Part shown: positions 6,761 to 16,027 of the stretch, in pieces
How the letters are laid out: every line of letters begins with the position of its first letter
How positions within the stretch are numbered: position 1 is the first letter of the stretch
Source of the DNA: Myxococcota bacterium
GTDB taxonomy: Bacteria > Myxococcota > SpSt-1050
Assembly (NCBI GenBank): GCA_049969675.1
Contig: JBMFOP010000064.1
Span: 1 to 18,211, forward strand
DNA: 18,211 nt
Reading direction: 5' to 3'
The notes under the pieces: generated by a model
Database searches by the model: none
Told to the model about the DNA's origin: nothing
What the model saw: the letters and a program-made list of their open reading frames with translations, nothing else
Program-made: the position numbers and the translations under genes

Positions 6761-9700
6761 ATGGGAAGATGGTTTAGATTTGAAAAGATTGCCTTTCTGC
6801 CTTTCAGGATAGTCATTGTTGCGACTGGCACTGTATTGATGTTGTACTTTTTACTCTTTTTATTCTTAAAGTCTCCAGATGGGGTGGATTATGTAAGTCA
6901 TAAGATCAAGAAGGTTGTAAAAGATAATCTCGGTCTGGATATAAATTTGCAGGCAATAAAGCTTGATATAGTAACTGCTGGGCTCTATCTTAACCAGTTT
7001 GAATTAAAAAACTCCGCTGGAAAGAAGATAATTCAGATAAAAGGTCTTAATGCCTCGCTCAGCCTCCCGTATCTCCTCTTCGGGAAGGTGGTCATTTCAG
7101 AGGTTAGAATTGATGGTATTGAATCAGAGATTGTAATAAAAGACGGTAAGTTAATAAATTTTGAGGGCATATTTAAGGACACCCAGAAGAAGGGGGAGGT
7201 AAATGGTTCTTTACCAGATATAACCATTGAAAAATTCTCTCTATCCAATATGAATGTCAGATTCAAATATGAAGAGCTCATCAGCGCAAAGATACATCTG
7301 CAGGAACTTTCTGGCTCCTATGTAGCAAAATCGGCAGAGGCAAATATTACAAATCTTAACGCAAAAGTAAAGGTGGAAAAGGATACCTACAACATCAATA
7401 TTAATGCAAATTTGAGTTATCTCTCAGATGCCATAGCCATAAAAGAGATAAATATCTGGCTTGATAACAATAGATTTATCTCAGTTGCAGGAGAATTAAA
7501 AAATCTATCAGAACCAGAATTTAAGTTAAATCTGGAGGCGAATCTTCCCCTATCCTATCTCAAAAATTATCCGGTGAGTATGAAGCGCTCTGAGGGAGAG
7601 GTAGGACTTAAGTGTGCCATTAAAGGGATGATCAACTCACCAATTGCAGAGTGTACAATTGAGGGAAGAGATGTCAATATTGAGCAGTTCAGGATAGGGA
7701 GTTTCAAGGGAGATGTCATTTATGACAATGGGGATATTCAGCTTGCAAATCTAAATATAAATAATTATGGAAATAGGTTAACAGTAAATGCATCGGGCGG
7801 GATAAAGGAGAGGATAAAATTCATCGGGAATGTAAAGATTGACCATCTGGAGCTGGCAGAGCTGCTTAGAAATCTCGGTGTAAATTCAATTGTTATGCTG
7901 GATATAAAGGGTATGGTAGATTTTGTATTCGATATAGACCCCGAGAAGGGAGTCGTTGTAGATTCAAAGCCGGTACTCTCACTGATGGGACCAAAGATCT
8001 TCTCTGACTACTTCTTCTCTCCAAAGAGGGGTGAGCCGATATTTAACCTGAAAGCAGCCAGTCTCTCTGGAGATGTGAGTATTACAGAGAAGGGTGTAAA
8101 TCTAAAGAGTGTTGATATCAGTACAGACAGGTCACGGGTATTTGTAAGAAATTCTTTTATAGGATTTTCTGGCGATGGATATATGGATATTAAGGCATCC
8201 TCTGAGAATATGGACTTTTCAGATATTACACCTCTTGCTGGACTTGATATAAGAGGGATATCCACATTAAATGCCCGTATCAAGGGACCGATTCCATCTC
8301 TAAAGATTTCAGGTGATGTAAATACCCGCGGATTTATGTTTGAACACTTCTACGGCGGCTCTGTACAGGTCAATGTGGAATTCTTCAACAACTATCTCTC
8401 TTTTAAGAATATCTCCGGCAGAGTAAATGATATGGCATACAGCGGGAGTGTAATTCTTAATATGAATGGGGCGCCTGATATGGAGGTGGAGGCAGAGGTA
8501 AAGGACGCCCAGTTAAAAAATGTTGTGACTCTACTTAAAGACTCAATAAAGATAAAGGGGGTCAAAAGGGGGAGACTCTCTCTCTCATTAAGGCTGAATG
8601 GTCCTGTTACTGAATTGAACGGGGATATTCACACAAAGATTCAAGATGTGGATATTATGGACGAGCAGATTGATAGTATTGAAGGGACTATCTCACTTTC
8701 AGGTGGGGATGTGATACTAAATCATCTATTGATTTTACTATACGGTGGAAGAATAGAGGCATCTGGTTTATTGAAGAAGGCTGGTGAGATGGGATTTGAT
8801 GTAAAGATGGAGAATATAGAGATTAATAGAAGTGCATTTATCCAATCTCTACCCATTAAAGTGTCCGGAATATTTAACGGCTCTCTTAAAACTCAGGGTT
8901 CAATCCATAATCCCCAAATGGATTTTTCTGGTGGTATAGACAGGACCAGGATACTCTCAACCCCCATTGGAAATATCTCAATAGATGCAAATCTGAGGGA
9001 GAAAAAATATTCAATATCAGCAGAGAATGAGGATAAAAGAATCAGGTTCTTTATGAAAAACGACGAGAAACATTATGAGATATATTCCATAAACCTCACT
9101 CTCAAAGAAATGGATGTGGTGCGATTCTTTATAGATAATGCAAATATCTCAACCCTTATGGATATCTCTGCAAACTTAAACGGGGATATGAAGGCTCAAG
9201 ACCTCTCTGGCTCTATCTCTATAAACAATATGAGTGCCACACTCTACGATATGAAGTTTAAACTAAAAAAGGCTGTAAATCTCACCCTTGACAGGGGTAA
9301 TATTGAATTTAGTGATATCTCCATCTCGGGAGAAGAGATTGAACTAAACATAAATGCATCACACTTTAATCCCGAATCTCTGAACATCAATGGGAGTGGC
9401 GCTATCCCCCTTAAGATATTAAAAGCCCTTACAAAGGAGACAGTCAATGCCTCAGGGATATTTATGGTAGATTTTAATGTTCAGGGGAGTGCCACAGACC
9501 CCGAGATAAGCATAAATGGGAGCCTTTCAGACTCACTTATCAAATTATCCTTCTTCCCTCACCCTCTTGAAAATACCTCATTAAAACTATTTATGCAAAA
9601 AGATACAATTATCATAGATGAACTAAGCGGAAATCTGGCCGGGGGGAAGTTTAAGGGTAGTGGTACAATAAGGCTCAAGGCATTTCTCCCGGAGAACTTT

Positions 9701-10690
9701 GATATTAGAGTAGATATCTCAAAGGCATTCTTATCGTTCCCAAGAGAACTGCCATCACTTGTGAATGGATATATTACGATTGGTGGAGATATGAAGAAGC
9801 TCCTGGTCGGCGGGGAGATAGATATTGAGAAGGCAAACTACAACAAGAATATAGATTTTAATATGCTCCTCCTTGAACTCACAAAGAAGAGGCCCAGATA
9901 TACATCATATTCAAAGGAGAATGAATTTGTCTTTTTTGATATAGGACTCAGGGCACCCTCAGGTATAGTGGTAAAGAATAATCTGGTGGTAGATTCTGAA
10001 TTCAGGGCGGACCTCAGACTTGTGGGCAGCAATGAGAGAATTGGGATTATAGGGACTGTAAATGCCCTGAAGGGGAAGATGGTCCTCTCTGGAAACGAAT
10101 ACAATCTCAAAAGAGGGATTGTGCAGTTTACTGAGAGATGTAGAATAGCATATAATCTTGATTTTGTGCTATCAACAGTTTGTCATGATACAAATTCGGG
10201 GCTGGACCACAATATTGATATGTCTATCGGTGGGAATGATGAAAATATTCAGATTCACTACAGGGATAACACAACGCCCCCATTTTCGGAGACAGATATA
10301 GTGACCTGTCTGGCATTGGGGAGTACCCCACAGAAGGTAGGCTCACAACAGAACAGGGTTCATGATGAATCATTTGGCATAATCTCCAGTGTGGCAGGGG
10401 TAGACCAGAAATTAAAGGATATTATCCCGATTCCTATTGAGACATTCAGGATATCCTCTAAATACTCCGATACACTCAGGATGAATGTCCCGCAGGTACA
10501 GGTCTCATGGAAGATGATGGAGAATCTCAGATTAAATTACTCCTCTTCACTTATATATTCGCAGGATCAGAAGATTGAACTGGATTACAAATTAAACAGA
10601 AATACATCTCTCAGAACACAGTGGAACTCACAGGCACAGGTCCCTGTGGGCAATCTGGGGGTGGATGTCAGGTGGGTCTGGGAGTTCTGA
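6761..10690 (+). CDS. tamB: TamB/AsmA-like translocation and assembly module protein (1309 aa)
   Basis: N-terminal hydrophobic anchor; long amphipathic beta-repeat region (e.g. IKGMINSPIA, VQGSATDPEI); DUF490-like C-terminus (VKNNLVVDSEFRADLRLVG..GTVNALKGKM..YNLKRGIVQF..ETDIVTCLALG) ending GVDVRWVWEF; adjacent to an Omp85 gene. Confidence 0.88.
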   Translation: MGRWFRFEKIAFLPFRIVIVATGTVLMLYFLLFLFLKSPDGVDYVSHKIKKVVKDNLGLDINLQAIKLDIVTAGLYLNQFELKNSAGKKIIQIKGLNASLSLPYLLFGKVVISEVRIDGIESEIVIKDGKLINFEGIFKDTQKKGEVNGSLPDITIEKFSLSNMNVRFKYEELISAKIHLQELSGSYVAKSAEANITNLNAKVKVEKDTYNININANLSYLSDAIAIKEINIWLDNNRFISVAGELKNLSEPEFKLNLEANLPLSYLKNYPVSMKRSEGEVGLKCAIKGMINSPIAECTIEGRDVNIEQFRIGSFKGDVIYDNGDIQLANLNINNYGNRLTVNASGGIKERIKFIGNVKIDHLELAELLRNLGVNSIVMLDIKGMVDFVFDIDPEKGVVVDSKPVLSLMGPKIFSDYFFSPKRGEPIFNLKAASLSGDVSITEKGVNLKSVDISTDRSRVFVRNSFIGFSGDGYMDIKASSENMDFSDITPLAGLDIRGISTLNARIKGPIPSLKISGDVNTRGFMFEHFYGGSVQVNVEFFNNYLSFKNISGRVNDMAYSGSVILNMNGAPDMEVEAEVKDAQLKNVVTLLKDSIKIKGVKRGRLSLSLRLNGPVTELNGDIHTKIQDVDIMDEQIDSIEGTISLSGGDVILNHLLILLYGGRIEASGLLKKAGEMGFDVKMENIEINRSAFIQSLPIKVSGIFNGSLKTQGSIHNPQMDFSGGIDRTRILSTPIGNISIDANLREKKYSISAENEDKRIRFFMKNDEKHYEIYSINLTLKEMDVVRFFIDNANISTLMDISANLNGDMKAQDLSGSISINNMSATLYDMKFKLKKAVNLTLDRGNIEFSDISISGEEIELNINASHFNPESLNINGSGAIPLKILKALTKETVNASGIFMVDFNVQGSATDPEISINGSLSDSLIKLSFFPHPLENTSLKLFMQKDTIIIDELSGNLAGGKFKGSGTIRLKAFLPENFDIRVDISKAFLSFPRELPSLVNGYITIGGDMKKLLVGGEIDIEKANYNKNIDFNMLLLELTKKRPRYTSYSKENEFVFFDIGLRAPSGIVVKNNLVVDSEFRADLRLVGSNERIGIIGTVNALKGKMVLSGNEYNLKRGIVQFTERCRIAYNLDFVLSTVCHDTNSGLDHNIDMSIGGNDENIQIHYRDNTTPPFSETDIVTCLALGSTPQKVGSQQNRVHDESFGIISSVAGVDQKLKDIIPIPIETFRISSKYSDTLRMNVPQVQVSWKMMENLRLNYSSSLIYSQDQKIELDYKLNRNTSLRTQWNSQAQVPVGNLGVDVRWVWEF

Positions 10691-10692
10691 AT

Positions 10693-13680
10693 ATGAAGAG
10701 AGTTTTCTTAACCGCTTTATTGATTCTACTTTTATTCTCTCATAAATCGTCTGCACAGAGTACATATAAAGAGATGCTCTCAAAAAAGATACTCTCAATA
10801 GAGATAAATGGTATCTCCAATAAATTACAACAGGATATAGAGAAGCTGATTCCTCTGAGACGTGGGGAGAGTCTGAGTCTGGAGAAGATAAAGAGGTCTA
10901 TTAAGTTGATTTATAAAGTATATGACATTGACAATGTGGAGGTATATGCCATTTCAGAAAGGGAGGGGGTGAATATAAAATTCTATATTGTCCCATCTCT
11001 ATTTGTAAAAGATGTAAAGGTCTTTGGGAATGAGACTCTCTCCACACTGGAGATTGTAAGGGCTATGGAGTTCAATAAGATGAGCCTTTTCTCAAAGGCT
11101 CAGGAGACGAATTATATTGAGAAGTTGACGCAGTATCTATATTCCCGTGGCTTTAGGAAGGCTGTTGTAAAGACCTATACAGAGCCAACTGATATCCCGA
11201 ATGTACTAAATCTCTTTGTAATAATAGAAGAGAATGAACGGGCTACCATTTCTGATTCAGAGATAATTATAGGTGATTTGAGATTAAAAGAGAAGGCACT
11301 TAACATCCTGGGACTCAAAGAGGGAGAGCCTCTGGACCTTATGGAGATTAATAGACGAAGGGAGAGACTTATCAGGAGGTTCAAGAGAGAGGGCAGAATA
11401 TTTGTAAATATCTCTGAACCGATAATCAGGTACAATTCACAGAAGAATACAGGGAGTGTAACTGTCAGGATTGAGAATGAGAGAGATGTAAGAATTCTTG
11501 TAAAGGGAAATAAGACGGTATCACTTAAAAAAATAAAGAATCTTGTATCCAATCTTATAGAATCACAGGAGAAGGTTAGTTTAGATATAATAAAATATGA
11601 ACTCACCGAATTTTACAAATCACTCGGTTACTACTTTGTAGATGTAAGTTTAGAGATTAAGAGAAAGATGAACTATGACCATCTGATTATTAAGATAGAG
11701 GAGAATAATCAGATTGCTGTCAAAGGTTTTGAATTTGAGGGGAATAAGGGCCTTTCAAACTCAGCACTTATAGATGTGATTCAGACATATATGTATGACC
11801 TCTTCCCTCAGGAGTCTGCCTTTGAACAGGTGAAATATCAGGAGATGGAGTATGGATTGATGGAATCTGATATAGACGACAGATTGAGTTATCAGCGAAG
11901 AATTACGGTGGAAGAGAATAAGGTCTCATTGCTCGTAAGCGATTACTTTCATACGAATTCCGCAATAGAGAATTTTTATCGAGCAAATGGGTATATAAAT
12001 GCAGTTGTCTCAGAGCCAGAACCGATATTTAATAATAAGAGAGAGCAGGTAGTTTTGAAGTATAAGATTTCAGAAGGGGTACAAACTATCATCAAAAAGA
12101 TAATATTTGAAAATAATAAGTCACTCTCATCCTTTGTCCTCTCACTGAATACACGCAACTTAAAAAATAAGCCACTGAATTACTTTGAACTGGAGAATGC
12201 GGCACTCGGTATCAGAAGGATGTATGAGAATGAGGGATATTACTTTGTCTCTGTAGACTATGAGGTGGATTTTCACGAAGATAGAAGGACAGCAAATGTC
12301 AGATTTATCATTGAAGAGAATCCAAAGGTATTTGTAAAGAGGATAATCCCGCAGGGAAATTATATTACCAATGACTCTGTAATATTATCAAATCTATTTA
12401 TAAAGGAGAGGGGACTCTTAAGACAGAATGATCTAATCTACTCTCAGGCGAGGCTTTTAAGGCTCTCTGTCTTTCAGGATGCAAACCTCAGTGTCCTCGA
12501 ACCGGATATTATCCTTCCAGAGAAGGATGTACTCGTTCAGGTTCATGAAAATGAGCCCAGATATGTAGAATATTCACTCGGACTCTCCACAGAAGAGGGT
12601 ATCAGGACGACATTTATGTTTAATCACTTAAATCTCTTCAGGAGCGCTCTCGAGTTCAATTCACGCCTCACGCTGAGTTATCAGGTCTTTATGTTTATAC
12701 CCGGTTATTATGATAACGCTGTGGCAGAGGCATACAGGAGGCTCGCTCTGACAGATGCAGTCTCCAGGTATGTCAATCTGGGATTGAATTATCCGAAGAT
12801 ATATGGGATACCTCTGATATCCTCCACCCGTCTTGATATAATAAATGAAAGAGTAAATCAACGTGCTTACTATATGGACAGGTCAGCACTCACCCCCTCA
12901 TTTGAGGTTCAGATGATAAAGTATCTCTCACTATATCTTCAGCTCTCTCTTGATTATAAGTATCTCAAACGCACCCCGGCAGTAATTCCTGATTCAGCCC
13001 TTTCATATTCCGAGCTACAGGCATTAAGAACACCGCTCGGTTCAAATATATTGGGTTCTATCAAACCTACCGTCACCTATGACAGACGGGATGATAAGTT
13101 TAATCCTCATAGAGGTTATTATCTGACACTTGGGACCGAGTATGTGCAGAATCTTGGTTCAAAGACAGTCTCTTTGTTAAAATTGAACTCTGTAAATACA
13201 GTATATATCCCGACCAGCAGGAGAAATACACTGGCACTGCAGTTAGCCGGCGGGAACATCTTCACTCTTGAATCTGGCTCGCAGACGCCATCCGATATGT
13301 TCTTCTATCTCGGAGGAAGGTCCACCCTCAGAGGCATTGCAGAGGGCGCCCTCTGGCCCGCAGATATCAGCGATGACTCCAAGAAAGAAGGCGGAGAGAT
13401 AAAGCTCTCTCCGGGCGGCAATACCTATGTACTCTATAAAATTGAATTCAGATTTCCTCTCACAAAAGGTTTTGATGGCGGACTCTTTCTGGATGCGGGG
13501 AACCTCTGGGTCAGACAGGAAGATTTCTCCTTTTTCACCCTCAGGACCACCGCCGGTTTTGGGCTTAGATACAGAACACCTGTAGGTCCAATTGCACTTG
13601 ATATAGGATTTAATCTGATGCCAGATGAGGCTGTATCGGAGCCAGTAATGGCATGGCACTTCTCGGTCGGACTATTCTGA
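10693..13680 (+). CDS. Omp85-family outer membrane protein (TamA/BamA-like, 995 aa, about 7 POTRA domains)
   Basis: Start moved to ATG 10693 (GGAG at 10681-10684, signal peptide MKRVFLTALLILLLFSHKSSA). Repeated POTRA signatures (GN...Y...GY...I.E), then a barrel with YDRRDDKFNPHRG, FYLGGRSTLRG, FLDAGNLW, GFGLRYRTPVGPIALDIG and a C-terminal Phe. Confidence 0.92.
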   Translation: MKRVFLTALLILLLFSHKSSAQSTYKEMLSKKILSIEINGISNKLQQDIEKLIPLRRGESLSLEKIKRSIKLIYKVYDIDNVEVYAISEREGVNIKFYIVPSLFVKDVKVFGNETLSTLEIVRAMEFNKMSLFSKAQETNYIEKLTQYLYSRGFRKAVVKTYTEPTDIPNVLNLFVIIEENERATISDSEIIIGDLRLKEKALNILGLKEGEPLDLMEINRRRERLIRRFKREGRIFVNISEPIIRYNSQKNTGSVTVRIENERDVRILVKGNKTVSLKKIKNLVSNLIESQEKVSLDIIKYELTEFYKSLGYYFVDVSLEIKRKMNYDHLIIKIEENNQIAVKGFEFEGNKGLSNSALIDVIQTYMYDLFPQESAFEQVKYQEMEYGLMESDIDDRLSYQRRITVEENKVSLLVSDYFHTNSAIENFYRANGYINAVVSEPEPIFNNKREQVVLKYKISEGVQTIIKKIIFENNKSLSSFVLSLNTRNLKNKPLNYFELENAALGIRRMYENEGYYFVSVDYEVDFHEDRRTANVRFIIEENPKVFVKRIIPQGNYITNDSVILSNLFIKERGLLRQNDLIYSQARLLRLSVFQDANLSVLEPDIILPEKDVLVQVHENEPRYVEYSLGLSTEEGIRTTFMFNHLNLFRSALEFNSRLTLSYQVFMFIPGYYDNAVAEAYRRLALTDAVSRYVNLGLNYPKIYGIPLISSTRLDIINERVNQRAYYMDRSALTPSFEVQMIKYLSLYLQLSLDYKYLKRTPAVIPDSALSYSELQALRTPLGSNILGSIKPTVTYDRRDDKFNPHRGYYLTLGTEYVQNLGSKTVSLLKLNSVNTVYIPTSRRNTLALQLAGGNIFTLESGSQTPSDMFFYLGGRSTLRGIAEGALWPADISDDSKKEGGEIKLSPGGNTYVLYKIEFRFPLTKGFDGGLFLDAGNLWVRQEDFSFFTLRTTAGFGLRYRTPVGPIALDIGFNLMPDEAVSEPVMAWHFSVGLF

Positions 13681-13777
13681 TTTAAGACTCGTAAAATTTA
13701 GACTGTTATATCATCTGCTTTTCTCTCTCTAATCTACCCTGTTTATATTTGTGTCTGGAAAAACTATATTGGAGATA

Positions 13778-15031
13778 TCAAAAAGAGATTATTCTGGATA
13801 ACAATTTGGCTTTTAGGCAGATATTATTTAGGCCTCTATCCTCCGGTAAAAGAGAGTGGCTATTCAATATAAAAATACCTTTAATCGGCGTCTTTAGATC
13901 TATCGTCAGGAGGTCCTCTTCCCCAAAGTATAATGGCTGTGCATATTCAGTCTTCGTAATTTGATATTCAATTATATCTGATTTGTGAAGATTAATATTC
14001 ATCTTATCTAACTCTGATAGCAGGTAATCCATCATAGCATTTGAATCAAAATTATTCATCTGGTCATCTATGGGAAGGTATAATGATATATATGTAAAAA
14101 AACCTTTAACATTCTCATATCTTACAAGATTAGATTGAGAGATTATCCCTGTAAGCCCAACCTTTTTATCTGCAATATTTAGCCAGTAATACTCGGTAAG
14201 GTTTCTTCTGGTATAGAGCAGGATTGTAATATTGGACATAAAACTCAATTTAATCAGTCTCTTATAAAAATGCGGGTCAATATCTTTTAAGAGTTCAGCA
14301 ATCACCGGCGGTGCAATTGTAAAGATTATCCTGTCAAATACCTCTACCTTGCCATCAATATCAACCTTAAATTGATTACCGTTATATGTTATACTCTTGA
14401 TTGAGGAATTCAGAATTATCTCTCCGCCATTACTCTCTAAAAACCGGGTCATAGCATCACAAAATATCTTAAAAGAACCATCTATATATCCGAGCCTTTC
14501 ATATAATACACATCTGGACCTGCCACGTTTTCTGAGTTTCTGAATAAACCAATCTGGATTTATTTTTTCTGCATATCTATTAAATTTATTAATAAGCATA
14601 TCCTCAATAAACGAATCATATATTTCTGGAGAAAAGAACTCTCTTAAGGAACTCACATTTGCCTCAGGAAATGCAAGCCTGTAGATTAACTTAATACGAT
14701 TAAGAGGCGAGATAAAACTGAGTCCGAGATAATCAAACGGGGTGGTGATATTATAAAACTGATTGTGTGTAAATATCCCTACCCTGCTCCTGTACCAATG
14801 TAATCTATTCTCAAGGTTAAGCCCCTTTATTAACTTTACAAGATGAACATCGTTATACAGAATGTGGTGATAGACCTCTTCAATCTCAATACCATCAATA
14901 TTTCTTGTATTGAGTAATCCCCCAACTCTATCTGATTTTTCAACTATTTTTACACTGTGCCCCAACCTTGATAGAGTATAACCACTGATCAGCCCGGATG
15001 GCCCGGCACCAACTATCAATATCTTAAACAT
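13778..15031 (-). CDS. FAD-dependent oxidoreductase (amine oxidase / protoporphyrinogen oxidase-like family)
   Basis: N-terminal Rossmann motif ILIVGAGPSGL..VEKSDRVGGL, EEVYHHI, LGYIDGSF, YYWLNIAD, YAQP, PEDRGLN. Substrate unknown. Confidence 0.8.
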   Translation of the reverse strand: MFKILIVGAGPSGLISGYTLSRLGHSVKIVEKSDRVGGLLNTRNIDGIEIEEVYHHILYNDVHLVKLIKGLNLENRLHWYRSRVGIFTHNQFYNITTPFDYLGLSFISPLNRIKLIYRLAFPEANVSSLREFFSPEIYDSFIEDMLINKFNRYAEKINPDWFIQKLRKRGRSRCVLYERLGYIDGSFKIFCDAMTRFLESNGGEIILNSSIKSITYNGNQFKVDIDGKVEVFDRIIFTIAPPVIAELLKDIDPHFYKRLIKLSFMSNITILLYTRRNLTEYYWLNIADKKVGLTGIISQSNLVRYENVKGFFTYISLYLPIDDQMNNFDSNAMMDYLLSELDKMNINLHKSDIIEYQITKTEYAQPLYFGEEDLLTIDLKTPIKGIFILNSHSLLPEDRGLNNICLKAKLLSRIISF

Positions 15032-15225
15032 AGCCAGATGTAATTCATTCCTCCAATCCAGTTTATGTAAAGCATATATACTGATTTGGTAAAAATTTCA
15101 ACAGGTGAACATTTTGGACTTCAAAACAGTTAATAAAAATTCATTAGCCCATTTAGTAAATCCCTCTCTGACAGGCATAGTATCCTATCTGCAAAGATAC
15201 TGGCATAGGAACTATCATTTTTTAC

Positions 15226-15273
15226 TTGACATCCTGTTCTAATTGGTTTAGTGGTTTAGTGGTTAAACCAATT
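15226..15273 (+). promoter_or_regulatory. Perfect -35 box plus FadR/PdhR-type operator upstream of the GntR gene
   Basis: TTGACA at 15226-15231. AATTGGTTT (15241-15249) and AAACCAATT (15265-15273) are perfect inverted repeats. TGGTTAAACCA (15260-15270) fits the TGGTnnnACCA box known for PdhR/LldR-type regulators. The -10 match is weak. Confidence 0.7.
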
Positions 15274-15286
15274 TTATGAGGTTCTC

Positions 15287-16027
15287 TTGAATTTTACAAA
15301 GGTAAAGAAGGTAAATATCTCCGAGCAGATAGCGATAAGGTTGAGAGGGCTTATAATCACTCAGGAGATAAAACCGCAGGAGAAGTTGCCTTCAGAAAGA
15401 GATCTCGCAAAGAGATTTGGGACAAACAGGAACACCCTGCGCGAGGCATTGAAGATTCTGGAGAGGGATGGACTGATTAATATAAGACAGGGCGGCGGCA
15501 TTGAAATAAAGGATTTTAGGAGAGAAGGGAAGATCAATCTCTTATCTGCTATTATTAAAGACACAAAAGATTTCAAAATGAAGTTTGAGATAATTCTGGA
15601 TAGTCTGCGCGTCAGGTCTGCTGGACTTGCGGAGATTGCAAGGATGGCTGCGGAGAAGCGGGACAGGGCTCAGTTGAAATCTATTAAGGAGTCTGTTCAG
15701 AAGATAAAGGAGAATATAGGGACAGACGACCATAGCAGGGTATATCAACTTGAGATGGATTTCTTAAAGTCTATTGTAGAGGCGACTAACTCTATGGTCC
15801 TGATGTGGTTCTTTAACACAATCAAGGAGATTACCGACGATGCCTTTTTAGAGTTCTCTAAGCTCTGGAATATCACTGATGAGTACTATACTTCCATTCA
15901 GAAAATCTCCACAGCCATTGAGAAGAGAAATCCGGAGGCCGCATACCTTGCTACAAGGGAGCATTTTGATAATCTGGACAAGAAGTTATTTAATCTATTC
16001 AAGGAGGTTAAAGATGCCCAAGTATAA
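15287..16027 (+). CDS. GntR-family (FadR subfamily) transcriptional regulator
   Basis: wHTH LPSERDLAKRFGTNRNTLREALKILERDGLINIRQGGG and helical FCD-like C-terminus. TTG start with GAGGT upstream. Confidence 0.92.
   Translation: MNFTKVKKVNISEQIAIRLRGLIITQEIKPQEKLPSERDLAKRFGTNRNTLREALKILERDGLINIRQGGGIEIKDFRREGKINLLSAIIKDTKDFKMKFEIILDSLRVRSAGLAEIARMAAEKRDRAQLKSIKESVQKIKENIGTDDHSRVYQLEMDFLKSIVEATNSMVLMWFFNTIKEITDDAFLEFSKLWNITDEYYTSIQKISTAIEKRNPEAAYLATREHFDNLDKKLFNLFKEVKDAQV

Noticed and set aside
10621..10692. N-terminal extension of the Omp85 ORF from GTG 10621
   Set aside because: It overlaps the tamB 3' end. The signal peptide and SD fit ATG 10693.
15276..15290. Four-codon ORF (MRFS) whose TGA overlaps the GntR TTG start
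   Set aside because: No SD of its own and easily produced by chance. It cannot be supported without ribosome profiling.
15879..16013. N-terminal extension of the SDR ORF
   Set aside because: It lies inside the GntR gene. A strong SD and the Rossmann motif position support ATG 16014.
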